In this document: positions 13,181 to 26,936 of the stretch, piece by piece
Position numbering within the stretch: position 1 is the first letter of the stretch
Layout of the letters: each line of letters starts with the position of its first letter
Assembly (NCBI GenBank): GCA_002189035.1
Contig: NEEC01000007.1
Location: forward strand, 620,001-684,000
DNA from: Utricularia gibba
Taxonomy: Eukaryota > Plantae > Magnoliophyta
Reading direction: 5' to 3'
DNA: 64,000 bases
Notes under the pieces: generated by a model
The model's input: only the letters and a program-made list of their open reading frames with translations
What the model was told of the DNA's origin: nothing
The model's database searches: none
Made by a program: the position numbers and the translations under genes

Positions 13181-13667
13181 TTGACTTCTGCGCAAGTGCG
13201 AATTTTTTCCACTTGCATTCCCGTACTGTAGATTCCCACAAATCCTGCAGGTTTTCAAACGATGATACGGCCGATCGAAGTTCCATTTTTTTAATCAAGT
13301 CAAAGTTCACGTTTAGTATCGAGATAGTGTACCAAACGCATTTTCGTTTCTACTCCTACTCGCACTTCCTCTGAAACCAGCATTACCGGAATCTTGCTCC
13401 CCAAAAAGCTGTAGTATACGGTAAGTTGTTCGGAAAACTTCATCGGAGTGAAAGTAATGAAGCAGAGTACAACCAAACGATCTCCCATACATTATTATTA
13501 CCAGCGATGCCAAAACTTGACACCAGGGCACAATCGAAACACCCAGCAGGCCACTTCCTAATGAGACATATCTCACAGGGAAACCGGCACAAGATAAACC
13601 ACGGAAGCATTTGCAGAACTTATTCAATGGGAGTGAGGATGGTTCCCCTTGTCAATCATCTACTGGA

Positions 13668-14802
13668 TCAGAGGGGACCAGGGAAAGTTCCATTCTCCCT
13701 CTGCTCATTCCACTTCTCAATCTGCATCCAAAGGGTTCGAAAAGGAGAATGATGGCTAGTTTTGATGATCCACGGAACAATTCAAGTAAAGGGGCTCAAG
13801 TATATCAGTTATACCCATTCTCCAGGGCACAGAGAGCGGTAGTATTTACCAAACTTCTCACATTCCCCAGACTCCTCACCCTTGGCTGATATACATCTGG
13901 AAACAAAAAAATCATGTGGAATGTTGGATGGTAGCAGGGCTGCATCATAGGAATGCGTGCAGCAACGATAAGCGTCACATGACCAAGTTTACAAGGAATC
14001 AACATGTTTTCAAATATGGCACCCCAACTAAAAAGCGATACACGAAAAAGTTCACAAATTTGCACACGGTAAATGGTTGAAGAAGGGCATTAAGGTTTCT
14101 GTAAACCTGCATATTCATCTGGTTCAGAAATCAACTAATACTGAGATCATCAAAAGAGAAAATAAACAGACATTTGTAACTACAGAAGACAGCAACTTGA
14201 TCAACTTATTCGCCAGTACATCTTAAGATAACTTAATAACCATGATACTCAAAAAGATCCCGCCCGAAAGAACTATGGGACTCACTCAAGAGACAAGCAT
14301 GTATACAGAGAGCACCCCACAAAGATGTTCTTTAACAAAACTAACCTGTGAAACTCAATATAACGGGTGAAACAATGCCGTGTTTGGTTGGTGGTGGGAA
14401 ACCGAAAATCAGCAGGCGCGGTTTTCAGCTCAATCTGCGGAAAGAAGGAAATTTTAACAAAAAGATTCGATCTTCTTGGAATATTAATAGAAAAAGCAAA
14501 AGAAATGAACGCATAACGCAGGAGAAAAAATATGGAGAAATCATTGACCCAGAATCACACAAGAAGATCATATATGCAATATAACCATCCACCATCTAAG
14601 AAAAACGAAGAAAGGGTGTTGGGTATCAAGAATAAGGTTGCAATTACTCCAACAACCATCCCAGATCCGATCTTTCGAAAATTCATATACAGCGAGAAAT
14701 GAAAAACCAATCAACCATGAATTCAATCCAGAATAATCAAACCCAAAACGCAAAATTCACACTTGAGAAACGACGGGAGATCTGGCGGAATACCTCAGCC
14801 AT
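13668..14802 (-). CDS. COX6B: Cytochrome c oxidase subunit 6b (short form)
   Basis: Not in the ORF track. Four exons give MAE|IELKTAPADFRFPTTNQTRHCFTRYIEFHR|CISAKGEESGECEKFGKYYRSLCPGEW|IEKWNEQRENGTFPGPL*, with the four conserved cysteines and canonical GT-AG introns. Confidence 0.95.
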
Positions 14803-15439
14803 CGAGAATGCAACAAAACTCAAAAAAGTCTGTCGAGCAGTTTTGAAACCAATGGATTAGCTTTTTACGGGCCGGAAAACCCAAAGTCGCCGCCTGCCAG
14901 AAGTAAAAACTAAAAATCGAATTTGCACACTCGAAATTCGAGTTAAATCTAAAAAATCGTTAATTATATGTTGGAACTTTCTGACAACAACCGGTTAAGC
15001 GAGTCATAACCACATGCGCACAGCAGTGTCCAAACTTGGACTTGGACCATGAACCCTGTTGGATTCCATCCTGCATTTGTGGTTCTTAAGACTTAAGAAA
15101 GTCTCCCTCACGAAAAAATCTCACGGGTCTCAGTTGTGGAATCGCTGGCATTCCGTCTCCATTACATATTCTCCATCACTGGTTTTGGGATGGTTTTAGT
15201 TGTGGGGTATCGGTCTTACAGAGTCGTGTGTGTTAAAAAAACTTGCTGACATGACGAAGGAGCATTTGAACACAAGAACTAATTAGTCAAACCACATTCC
15301 TTGATATGCGATCAACAATCCCTCCATTCTATTCGAGGTCTGGATGATAAAACACATGGCTTAACCTTAGCGTTGGTTTTCTACATTCTGCGAAACTTCT
15401 TGATGTTTGCTCCATTCTTGAACTCAACCCCCAAATTCT

Positions 15440-16859
15440 TCACCTTTTTCCACCAAGCAATGCCCTTTCTGGAGGAAGATTCTCATGTGAAGTAAGGCAG
15501 CTTTCAGTTGAACAATCAGCATTCTGTTGTTGGTGATTCAGGGGGATTCGGATTTCTGCATGGTCTGGGACAACAAATGCCTCCGCAGATTGTGGTGGAT
15601 AAGCAGGAACTTGGAAGTGTAAGCTGCCATTAAATGTATCCTTAGAACCATGTTGTGAACACCCTTCCAAATCTTCGGCTCCTCCAATGATCTGATCAGC
15701 CAGCATCTTGCAGGCTTGTTCCAGCATACTCAAGTATCTTCTCTCAGCATCCTGACGAATTTGCATATGTTTTTCCACCTGAAACGGACCACTTGTTAAA
15801 CTGTTTGCTTGGAAAAAATTACTTAGCTAAATCAGAGGACAGAAATTTACTTCCACTTGTAGGTGCAGTTTGGTCTGAACTTCCATTTGTGCTCTCAATG
15901 CTTCCTTGACTTGATATCCACTACAGAACATCAAACAAAATTGAGGTTTATTGGCAATCGGTAGAAGCATCAAACAACAATTGCAATTCATACTCATTCA
16001 TTTCAGATGTTTGAGCAAGTTGTGGAGGACTATTGGAACCAGGGCTATCTTCAAGGAATGCGCCTGGGAAAAACATTCATTAGCTAAAATAGCGCACCTT
16101 TGCAGCCCTAGAATGACTGGCAGAAAAGAAGAAAATAAGAGGAGAGTTACCATCATTTGAAGCCTCACCAACTTCTTTCCCAGATTGTTTGCCTAATCTA
16201 TATTTCTGAAACAATGTAAAAATGTGTAAACACAAAAGGGGCTAACAAAAAAAAAAGAAAATGAAGCATTAACCCCAGGAGAGAAAGAAAAACCTGGAGA
16301 TGGCTCTTCAAATGAAACAAAGTCAACCCTTTTACACCCATCATCCTCATTATTGCCTTTGGAGTAGCTTCTGTAGAGAAAAGGCAACTGAGGCTGTACA
16401 CTTTTGAGGATTATTCACATTCACACAAACAACTTCATGCTTCAGATTCATAAAACCTAGCTCAAAAAAAAAAAAAAAAATGCAGCCTTGGAATACATTC
16501 TGCCTCAGTTTACAGTACTTCACATCTCACTAACCAAGAGCCCAAAAGGGAGAAATCACAAAACCGCTCAACAATAGCATATAAAGCACAAGGCCAAAAA
16601 CCCAGAAATACAAATTTCGAAAAAACAAAAAGGTGGGCGGAGAAAAATGCTGACTGTTTGCTCCACCGAGCTGAGTAACCGCATCGACGAAGCGCTCATG
16701 AAGGTCGCTGGTCCAGCGCAGGCGCGGTTTGGGGTCGGAGGTGAGCTGCACCATACATGGCTCCCCTGGAAGGCGTTGACCGTACCCTCCAATGGTTGAC
16801 ACCTGAATAGTTTCTTGACTCATAATGGCTTCATGGGGCTGAATCGTTATAGGGAACAT
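15440..16859 (-). CDS. MYB-CC (PHR1-like, PHL7/APL-type) transcription factor
   Basis: LTSDPKPRLRWTSDLHERFVDAVTQLGG|ATPKAIMRMMGVKGLTLFHLKSHLQ|KYRLGKQ, then coiled coil EALRAQMEVQTKLHLQVE|VEKHMQIRQDAERRYLSMLEQAC. Exact stop uncertain. Confidence 0.9.
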
Positions 16860-17075
16860 TGCGAATTAGCAGCAGAAAGAGTGAAGAATCTCCCAATTTT
16901 GGCCGAAGAGCTCCTCGGTGAATTTGATTTGATTATGGTAAACCAGTAGAGTGCGGGACTACTCTCTGGTGTCTATCCTAAAGCTGCGGTGACTGTGTAG
17001 TCTCTTTCATCGCATTTGCTGCATTCCATCGCGTCGCACGAACTCACCGAAAAAACAACCGGTAAATGTGCGTCT

Positions 17076-17086
17076 TCTCTCTCTCA

Positions 17087-17176
<90 letters not shown>
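17076..17176. repeat. (CT/GA)~50 microsatellite
   Basis: About 100 bp of nearly pure ct dinucleotide, 220-320 bp upstream of the PHL start codon. Confidence 0.97.
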
Positions 17177-17179
<3 letters not shown>

Positions 17180-17372
17180 GTTTTTTTTAATAGAATGATT
17201 TCATTAATAATATATTCAAATTATTTACGATTAATAAATCACTTAATTACAATGGAAAGTTAACATAAATATTTATTTATAAGGTATAAATGTTTTATAG
17301 ATAAATAAAGGTTTAATAATTCAAAATAGATAGTATTTTTGTTTTTTAGTGAAAAATGGGACCCACAGTCCA

Positions 17373-19187
17373 CTAACTACAGAGATAACCACGTTTATTG
17401 AGTGTGGTTAAATTAATAATATAATTTACCGTACAGATATTATTATTAATTGCTCTCTCCAGGCGACGTCCGTGCAAGTGGCTGGCCCATGTCGTGGCCA
17501 TGAAGGGATCACGGTACTCCCTGTTCTCGCCGGAGATGCCGATCGTCACCGCCGCAACAGGATTCCCATCCCGATCTTCCTTCTCCGGCAAGCTCAGTAA
17601 TGCTTCACCGCCCAATCTCACTCCTCCTCCTTCTCTAGTGTTTAGGAAGCTGTACGAGATATGGAGCGGCCAGCATTCCTGGATGTTGATACGAATCCGC
17701 TGCTCCTGGCCGCCTCTGAGTTCTCCGAGCCTGATGGTAATTGGGGTGTTTTTTAAACTCAGCTGGATGTCATGGATGCTTCCACTCATTATTCGACAGA
17801 GGATGTTCTCGAATTGATGCATTATCAGTCCATCGGAATCACCCAATCTTAACCCGAGGTGAAAGCTGTGAATGCTGAACTGATACTCTGCGAATGCTGT
17901 GGCTGGAAGGTGATAAGATGTTGAACTGTTTGTTAAGTGCAGAATGCAGGACTGGGGATTCTTGTGTGTGCGATCCGATAGTATCTTCACAGCTTTATTT
18001 AGTCCATCTGTCTGATCAGCATGTCCGTTGTAGAACAACCGGTCGATAGCTTGCAGTGCGGCTTTCTTTCCGAAGGGACTCATTCGCCGCAGAGGGAAGA
18101 CTCTGGAGGCGGCAGAGGAGTTGATAATGATGGCTAGGCGGTCCCCGGGCGCAGGGAGAAAGCAACTAATGCCATTCCCTTCTTCATCGTTCTCAGGTGC
18201 GGCTCATCAGGACAAGCAACCAGGACCAGATCGGTCGATGGCCAATATTCAAGCCTGACACGGAGGTAAGTCTCCTTCAAAGACAACTGGAATGCTTCTT
18301 GACCCGCCATGGAAGATGACCCGGAAGAGTGGCAGCAACCTGCAACCCTTGGATCAAGATCTGAGCATCCCTTTCGAGTCCATGGGCCACATAGGGAGAA
18401 TTGGAGATGTGGGTGTTCATTTGTCAGGTCAGGAACAACTGGATCCTCCTCGTGGTATCGAGCAGAACGGAGGAAGGACCGTGGGTGGAATCGAGAACTG
18501 GGGATGGACTCATCAAGGATCCGAAGAACAGGATCAGCATTATTCAGCTGGACTACACCTCGGATATTGAGATTTCGAGGCAACTGAGTCCATTGAGCAC
18601 GGCATATGGGACAAGTAATGCTACCATGGCGAACATTAGATGAAATGCAGGTGAAATGGAAGGAATGGGAGCACTGTGCTGTGAATATCGCCTCGCCGGG
18701 GCTACCGCCGGAGCTGTAGTTCAGAGGATCGAGACATATCGGACACATATTCTGCCAATACATATCGAACACATAGCATCAACATCAATAAACAGACAAC
18801 TTGAGATGCATAGTTCATCAATGAACTCCGAGAAGGAACCTTTTCCAATTCAAACGGGAAATGGTACAGAATCAGATGCAAATGCACAAGAAGCGAAGCA
18901 GGGAAAACCTTATTAAGTGGGCTGATGGTACTCGGATCGGCTGTTTCTGAAGGATTCTTCAGACAGCCATTTTGGGAACTGGGAGAAACATTGCGCCCTA
19001 CCTAAGAACACATCCACATAACGCATTACAAATTCACTATTTCCAACAAGTGCGATACCCAAAAAACAGGGGCAATGATGAAAAACTTACGGTAACGGCT
19101 ATGGTCCTCCGCAGAAAGAGCCACGTAATCGGAGAAACAACTTCCCGCCACATTCTTGAACTTGTTCGACGCCCGTCCGCCGCCCAT
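17373..19187 (-). CDS. RING-H2 plus truncated vWA domain protein (WAV3/EDA40-related E3 ligase family)
   Basis: MGGGRASNKFK..., CPICLDPL...TAQCSHSFHFTCISSNVRHGSITCPICRAQW, DLVLVA, SLRPG(D)RLAII, RVFPLRRMSPFGKKAALQAIDRL, YRDPFMATTWASHLHG. One-base frameshift at 18143-18146 and probably another near 18975. Confidence 0.85.
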
Positions 19188-20294
19188 CTACGCAGCCGCT
19201 ACGATCTCAAAAACCTATACTCACAAAAACAGCAACTTTCTCTTGCCCTTGGCCGAGAACGATGAGTTCGCATTCATCGGTTTGTCTTTATGCGGTTTCC
19301 CACAACGCATACCGAGTAATCGTCTTCATAAATACCAATGGAATCCACCGCTGTGACATGTTTTTCACTTCTGAAGTGAAAAAACCTGCCATTTCTACAG
19401 GCTTTCAATGGCTCATCTGAACTGGAACCTCTCAATTCAATTCAAACAAGAACTGAAACTTCCAGCCACACAGTATCCAGTCAAACTTTGACCATCCCTA
19501 ACCAGTCATTCCACGACATCTGTGATTTATGACAAATTTGTCCGTTTCTCTATCAGCCGAGAGTGTAAATAAATGGTATCCAAAAGAATTCTTTTTTTTT
19601 TTGGAAAAATAAATCTTTTTATATTACAAATAATGTAAGACTAAGGTGATTATGATGATATTTTACATTAATTATGGACAGAGTAAAAGATATGATTAAA
19701 TAGAAGAACTATTTTAATATTGTGTGAAGTATTCTTTTCATAAAATAATAATATTCAAAAAAGATAATATTTTATAAAAAAAGATGAATGGTGATAGATA
19801 ATTATTTTTTATTTTACATAATTAACTTATGTAATTTGATAGAAAAATAGTAATTATCATTTGAGTTGAAAATGTGATAAAAGAAGGTAGGATGAATATT
19901 TTTCATAAAGATACCCCGTTCTTTCTCACATACTAAGATAAAAATATTTAACTTTATATTAGCCAATTTTTTCATACAAATCATAAAAAATGATCAGATT
20001 TCTGATACTCCTAAAATGAACTTTTGAAAGCTTAGGCCTGTACCAATATATGCAGATGTAAATGCGTTCCACTGTCAACAAACTGAGAAGAAGAAGAAGA
20101 AATGACCATTATGAAGAGGGTACATGATACAATCTGTGTTCATGTTACAGGTTAGAGAGGCTAAGCATGACATCTACAGAGCTTGGCACAATCTGCACGT
20201 TATGGCTTGAGCACAAAAAATGACAAAGAATCATCAACAGGTACAACCACAGACAGATTGCTAGTCACAGGGATGAGCAGAAGAGACCTTTGAT

Positions 20295-23153
20295 TCATGG
20301 AGTGATATTGCATTCGTGTAAATAGACTTGATTGTAGTCGAGGTACTTGGACCAGTAGCTTCTGAATTTGGGGATGCTTAATTCAAGCCATGGCTTCATG
20401 TTTCCATTGTAGTGTATGACTGCAGCTCGTTCGATATCCTTTTGTGGTATGCGGGGATTGTAGCCGAGTCCCAAGACATGCCATGACCTTTCCAGTGAGA
20501 ATGTCCGGTTCCAGAAGGTTAACAATCCAGGAGGGAGAGTTCCCAGCTTCCATAGTTGCCTATCTTGGTTCTGTGCAGTGAGTGCAGCTTGAGTTTATAC
20601 ATTCCATAGTTGCCTATCTTAATAAATATGAAACTCTAAATCTGACAGCTAGTTGAAAAAGATCTTCCCTACTTCAAACAAACATAAATGGCACATTGAA
20701 GATCAAAACACACTTGCAACAGATAGAAGAAAAGCAGTGTGAATCATGACTGATTTCATGCTGTATACTAAAAAAGCTTGAGTGCAGGGAGCTGGAGCTT
20801 ACCAGGTTTTGCCATTTGTGATAGATATCTGTGATGTTTTGCTTCTTCCAAGCACTGAGATCGAAGATGTTTAAGCCAAATGCCCAGCCGCAGGCCCGAG
20901 GGTTAAAGGCTTTTGAAATAAGAGGATTTGAGAAGTTGAGATAATGGTGAAAGCGATGAAACCTCTCCCCACATGTTTCAACCACCCCAATGACCTTTCC
21001 CTTTAGATCAAGGGACCAAAGGCTGGATAAATCCTTTTGAACCACAATATCATCATCTAAAAACAGGATCTTGTTAAGCTTGGGGAAAATCTCAGGCAGA
21101 TAAAATCGAAGATGGTTCATGATCGAAAGATACTTTGGGTTTCGATATTTCAGGTTGGGATCAGAATCAGCAAGACGATTCCTGAAGTAATAATCAATCA
21201 TGGAGCTAGAACTGAGCTGCTTAAGAACAGGGCTGTAGCTTGAATTTAACCATGTGAACTCCTCAATGTTCTGAACCTGGATTGTGGCTTTACCAGGCGG
21301 ATTAGCAATAAACCACATCCTCATTGCAGCATAGTTGAGCCCATCAGTGACAATATGAAAGACATGCTTCAAAGGGTCCTGCATGGAGACAATATTAGGA
21401 TGGCTATCCATGATGGTTTTAAACAGTGTCAAAGAAAATACCCGGGCGTGCATTATTGTGGAGTTCACAACCACTGCAGCTGCCAGAACGTTGTCGGAAA
21501 AGAGAGCATAGTGGTACAGCTTGGGATCTTCCAATTTCTCCACACTTGGAAATTCTTGTTGAGATAAGTTCAAGTTGAAATAGTCTCTCGATAAACGCAA
21601 TGGAAGGCAGTGAAGACCTTTAGGTATCGTTTTAGCATTCAAATGTGTCAAGAACAAGGCTTGCTTCCTCTGAACATGTAACTGCTCCTCAACTGAACGG
21701 AGCATTGCTCGGAGTTTTTTCACTGTAGCACTACAATCATCTACTATTTGCTTACCTTTCAACAGAATCTGCTCCATACCCTTCGACTTGTCAGCAGCAC
21801 TACAACCATGAATGAAGATCAAGTCATTTGGAAGACAAGGAACTGTTCACTAAAATTCTGATCACAATTAAACTAACCTTCTTGGCAGATCAGAATCCTT
21901 GGTGGCATCACCAAGTACCCTTTGAACTTCTTTAACCCGCAATTGAAGCTCACGGACATAGTCATTGTTCTCATGAATAGCTGCAAGAGAGAGGAACATC
22001 CTTGCTCGAATGAGTTGATCTTTGAGCTGAAGAACACGAGCGTCCCGGAAAGCCACATGATTATCCAGCTTCTCAGCTACCGCCACATTTTCTCGTGAAT
22101 TTTCAACAGAAAGTTGGGCAGAATGTTGGTGTCTTCTCTGCTAGAGAAAATAACAGATTCAGTTGGGGAATGAATAGAGAAACAGAGTATAGCAAAACAT
22201 TTTATACCATTTTGTCAACCATTATCTTGGATGAGCCGTCAGGATTCAGCGGAACAGCTTCCATAATGACACCAGTTCTTTGAATCCCATCTAAATTTCT
22301 AATCAACTCAGTCCCTTTCAAACTTTTCTCATGAATCCCTGTTTGAATTCTGGAAGCTTCACTTGTCACTTGTCTTATAATTTTCTTATCTGAAGGTCTT
22401 TCACCACTCTCACTACGACTCAAAGCACTTGAAACTCCATCTTTGGCTGCCTCTGCTATTACGTAATTCAATCAATCAAGTGAACTTTGGACAAGTGCAA
22501 TAACGAGTAAACAGAGGCAGAACCAAACAAATTAAAAGAAAAAACCTCCGGAGAGCTGCCTATTCACTCGAGCACCACGTGCAGTTGCAGAGTGTTGTAC
22601 ATCGGAACTCGACTGGGTAAAATTATCCAAATAAACTGTCTCATGTAATTTTTTTAACTGGGAAGACGATTCATAATAGTGAGAAAGCATTCTTAGAGAA
22701 CTACATATGAAAAATCCCATTTGCAGAAAAAAGAATCAACTTATATGAACTAAAACAGTTAGGAAAATCCATACCTGAGGCAGCAAGATTAATGGTCTGA
22801 GTTCATCAAGTATCTTCAAACACCAAGCCAAACATTGACGACGGAATTGAAGGAAAAGTCAATTGCAAGGGGAAAAAGGAACAGACTGAAAATTATGACT
22901 GAGTAGACTAAAAACTTACAGAGGAAGAAACCTCTTCCCCCAATTCGTAATTTGCTGCAAAACAAGAAAAGCAGGCCACAGTCAATATTCGTATGCAGAG
23001 TACATAACGGAAAACTGGTTGTAGGGCACAGGGAAAAAGAAATTACAGGAATATGAGAAATACTCTCCAAGAGTGTTAGTGTAGAGAACAATAGGGGCGA
23101 TAACCGTCAGCAAAAGCAAGCATAGCACGGATCTCATGAAGATCAGCTTCATT
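20295..23153 (-). CDS. GAUT4: Galacturonosyltransferase, GT8 family (GAUT4-like)
   Basis: N-terminal TM anchor (MKLIFMRSVLCLLLLTVIAPIVLYT), PKGLHCLPLRL, HYALFSDNVLA, NHLRFYLPEIFPKLNKILFLDDDIVVQKDL, LWKLGTLPPGL, AAVIHYNGNMKPWLE, VYLHECNITP*. Confidence 0.88.
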
Positions 23154-24875
23154 GTTAAAACCCTGGTTTCCAATTTCCCCTTTTCCCACCAACAAAAGCC
23201 AAACCTTTTTCGCTTCCACAAATGGAATAAACGAATGAAAACATACCCACGAGCTAAAAACATGCAAAAATGAGAAACCCAGTTGCAGGCGCCTACGCTG
23301 CAGTAGAACAGGGGGTTCCCCCTTCAATGCTACAACGAAGAATCATCGCGGCACTTAAATAAGCACAGACGCATCCAAGAAACTACTTCACCAAATGGAA
23401 TCACAACGCTAGATGGTGACAGATAAACGAAACATGCAGAAATTAAAGGCGCGCATCAACTAAGAAGAAGATGTCGGTGGATGGACGTTGAAGCATCGTT
23501 TTTTTTTCCGTGCATTGTATTAAAATACTCAATAATGATGATTATCCATTAATTTGTTTTACTTTAACGGTCAGTTTTAACTAAAATTATTTTTTTATTC
23601 CAAAATTGATCCACACAAAAGTGACCTCATAATTTTACTAAAATAAAATTGATTTTGGAAATAAAAAAGGATGGAAATATTTAAATACATTATTTAATTT
23701 TAATTAAATGCTACGCTGATAATATTATCTTAATTATATTAACTAGCAGACATCCCTTTTGGAATTTTAATTAATGTGGTTTAATTGCATTAATTGCACA
23801 AGTCCGGGGCCCACAGGTTTGGGCCTCCGTAAATAGATGTCTTCTTGCGTGGGGTATTATTTTTTTCAAAAATATTAATTTTCATATAAGAATTTTTAAT
23901 TAACCTTTTTATCGAATTTTGAATATTTCTGAAGAAAGAATTGACAGAGGATATAGTGTCCGTACAATCTTCCCGAGGACCTCGAGAGGGAAGCAATCGA
24001 ATGGCTGAGAATCCATCGGAGGAAAGGGGACACGGGGGCGTCATTCATGGGAAAGGAGCCAAAAGCTGCTGCTGAGAGGGCAAAAAAGTGAATGACGCGA
24101 CATACGTTGTCCATTTGCAGCCATGAGGATAACCCTTGGGCGCCACCATCCATCCGATTCAGCTAAGAAAATTGTTATTTTAATCATCAAAAAGTGAACT
24201 TGCCATTTCATTCATCTCGTCTGGATCCACGTCCTTTTTTCTGGTCCGACCAATCGCTAAAAGCGACCTTCAACACCTTGTTTTTTAATCTTAATACTCA
24301 GAAATGCCATCGTAATTTTGACCCTTGTGGACTGTGTGTTGTTGTTTCTGTATAAAAATCATCAAGATTCTCCCTTGATCAAGAAAGGTTTATCTCCAGG
24401 CAGGTACAAGTAGAGTTAAGCTTTTAATGGGTTATACTTTTCGATCTGCTTTTCTATCTTTTTTGTAGTTTCGATCTAGTTTGCCCCGAGCATGCTTCAA
24501 TTGGCTCTTTGTGGAGCGCCTTCAATTTTTTATATTTTCTTGTGGAAAAGGTGTTCTTGTACTGAAAGATGAAGGGGGGATTTGCTGTCTAGTGTAGCAT
24601 AGCCAGTTTTCCGCCGTTTCGAACATTGATATTACCCATAATCTAGTTTACTGAAGTTTTCCTCCGAAGTGCATAGGCTTGACGTTTAGTTTTTTGGCAT
24701 TTTCAAGAAGATGAAGATGATAGTTTGTGAAGGGTTCAAGATTTCTTATCTTACACAAAATGATGATCATTCCTGGTGTCGGTTCAATCATTGAAGTACT
24801 ATTTTTTAAATTACATGGATCTGAGGTTATTGAACATTAAATTTTATCTCTGTAGAACTGAAGCTCCGTTGCCAA

Positions 24876-26677
24876 ATGGGGAAACTATGTGATTTCTGCA
24901 ATGAGCAAAGATCCTTGGTGTATTGTCGGTCTGATGCTGCTCGCCTGTGTTTGTCTTGTGACCGGTATGTTCACTCTGCAAATGGTCTATCTATGCGCCA
25001 CTCTAGGACCCTTCTATGCGAACAATGCCAATGTCAGCCTGCAGTTGTCAGGTGCATTGAGGATAAGTTATCCCTCTGTCAAAACTGTAACTGGGATATA
25101 CATTCTTCCACCAATTTAGCTGTGGAACATAGACTTCAGACCATCAATTGCTATTCTGGATGTCCTTCTTCATCCGAGTTTTCCAATATTTGGTCCTTCT
25201 TTTCTGTGGATCAAGATCATTCAAAACTCGACCATGATCGGGAGTTGGCCAATGTTGAAAAGGAAGATGGCAATCCTGCTCAACATTCAAAGTCAGATGA
25301 TTATAATATGGAAAATGCTGCCATGGATGCAGTGGATTCTGATACGGGACAGCGTTGTGCTAGCAAAAGGTCTTCCAGTTTGAAGGTAGAGTTTTTTTTA
25401 TCTATCATGTTTTCTTTACACCCAACAACATGACCTGAAGTTAGTTAATATCATACAAAAACTTGCTGACTGCTTCCATGTGCAAATCCAACTTGTTGAA
25501 GGAGATTGTTCGAATATCCTTCAGTTGGAATGCTCCAATCCATTCATTCATAATAGATACCAAATGTTCAGTTGTTGCTGAATAGCCATCTATAAGGTTT
25601 TAGTTGATAGAAGGGTGCACTGTCTAATAATTAACAGTTCTGAAACCTGTAAATAGGACATTTCCTCTGCAATCATTTCGTTTTGGGCCTTGGTGTTGTT
25701 TAATTACAAACAGAATGAAAAAAGGTATGTTTCCTATTCAATGGCTTGCTGGCTATGGGATGATCAGTTTGCAGTTACATGCAGCATTATCTTTAGTTAT
25801 TTCTTGTTGTTCATATTACAATAATGATGCTTTTCTGATGGTTTAAGTTAATGAAACGTAGGCCTGTTCATCAAATACTAAGCATTCTGGCCGGTTTGTG
25901 ATTCTCTCTACGATATTCCGGATGTCAACTTGAGTTTGGATTTGGATCATTATGGGGATTTCTGGATGACACACTGCCTTATAGTGAGAGTGGCGACCTA
26001 GGCAGCTTGTTGGAAATTGGAAGCTTCGATTGTATTGAGGGTCTGGAGAAGGCAAGCCCCATGAATGTATGCAAATGTTTTCTTCTTTCGAGTTTCTCCA
26101 AATTTTTCAAACTAAATATGCAGATGGAAAACTAAGGTTTGATGTGCTTCAATCCTTGTTGTTGCAGGATTCAAGTTCAAACAATGAAACAATGTTCTGG
26201 ACTTGCAACAACACAGTGTCCACAGACTCCATCTCATGCTGTAAATCTGATTCAAAAAGTCCCTTTGCAACACCTTCACATTCTGCAATATCACACACAT
26301 TCTCTGGCCCCGCCCCATCCCCTGAACTCAGCATTGCAGATTATCATGAGAAAGGATTGTTGCATATGGATATCACAGAGGGTATTCCGCCTGCACACCC
26401 TACATCATCATCAGCCTGCAGGGATGATGCATTACTGCGCTACAAGCAGAAAAAGAAGCTGAGGAAGTATGCTAATAAGTGATTCTCAAGACTTTCCTTT
26501 CTTTCCCACTCTGCATCTACAAAAATGCAGTGTCACTACTTACGCAGGTTTGACAAGAAAATAAGATATGCTTCGCGCAAGGTGAGGGCGGATATTCGGA
26601 AGCGTGAGAAAGGGCGGTTTGTGAAATCTGGTGATCCATATGATTATGATCCACTTGATCTCATTGGAAACCAGTGA
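24876..26677 (+). CDS. CONSTANS-like B-box/CCT protein (COL9/COL10 group)
   Basis: Two B-boxes ([32 protein letters not shown]; LLCEQC...[12 protein letters not shown]) and CCT domain [10 protein letters not shown]|[26 protein letters not shown]...YDYDPL. Exon 2 needs two one-base insertions (about 25891 and 25954-25957). Confidence 0.9.
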
Positions 26678-26936
26678 GCTAACTTGGTGGAAGCTGCTTT
26701 TTTTGTGTGTGTAACTCCATCTGTTGTATATCTAGTTATTCTTCTTTTGAAGAAAGGTGAAGAAGCAGACTGAAGAAGAGCATGAAGCTGCTGCTTCTTC
26801 TACTTTTGCATTTGAATGTACAACATTCTCGCAACTAGGAAGCCAATATTTTTCACTCATTTCTCTCTCAGTTGGATCCGTGTGCGTGAGTTATATAAAG
26901 ATAAAATCTTTGGAAAATGGGCATGCCAAGCTTTCT

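Noticed and set aside
17016-17263. ORFs containing poly(LS) runs
   Set aside because: Translations of the (CT)n microsatellite.
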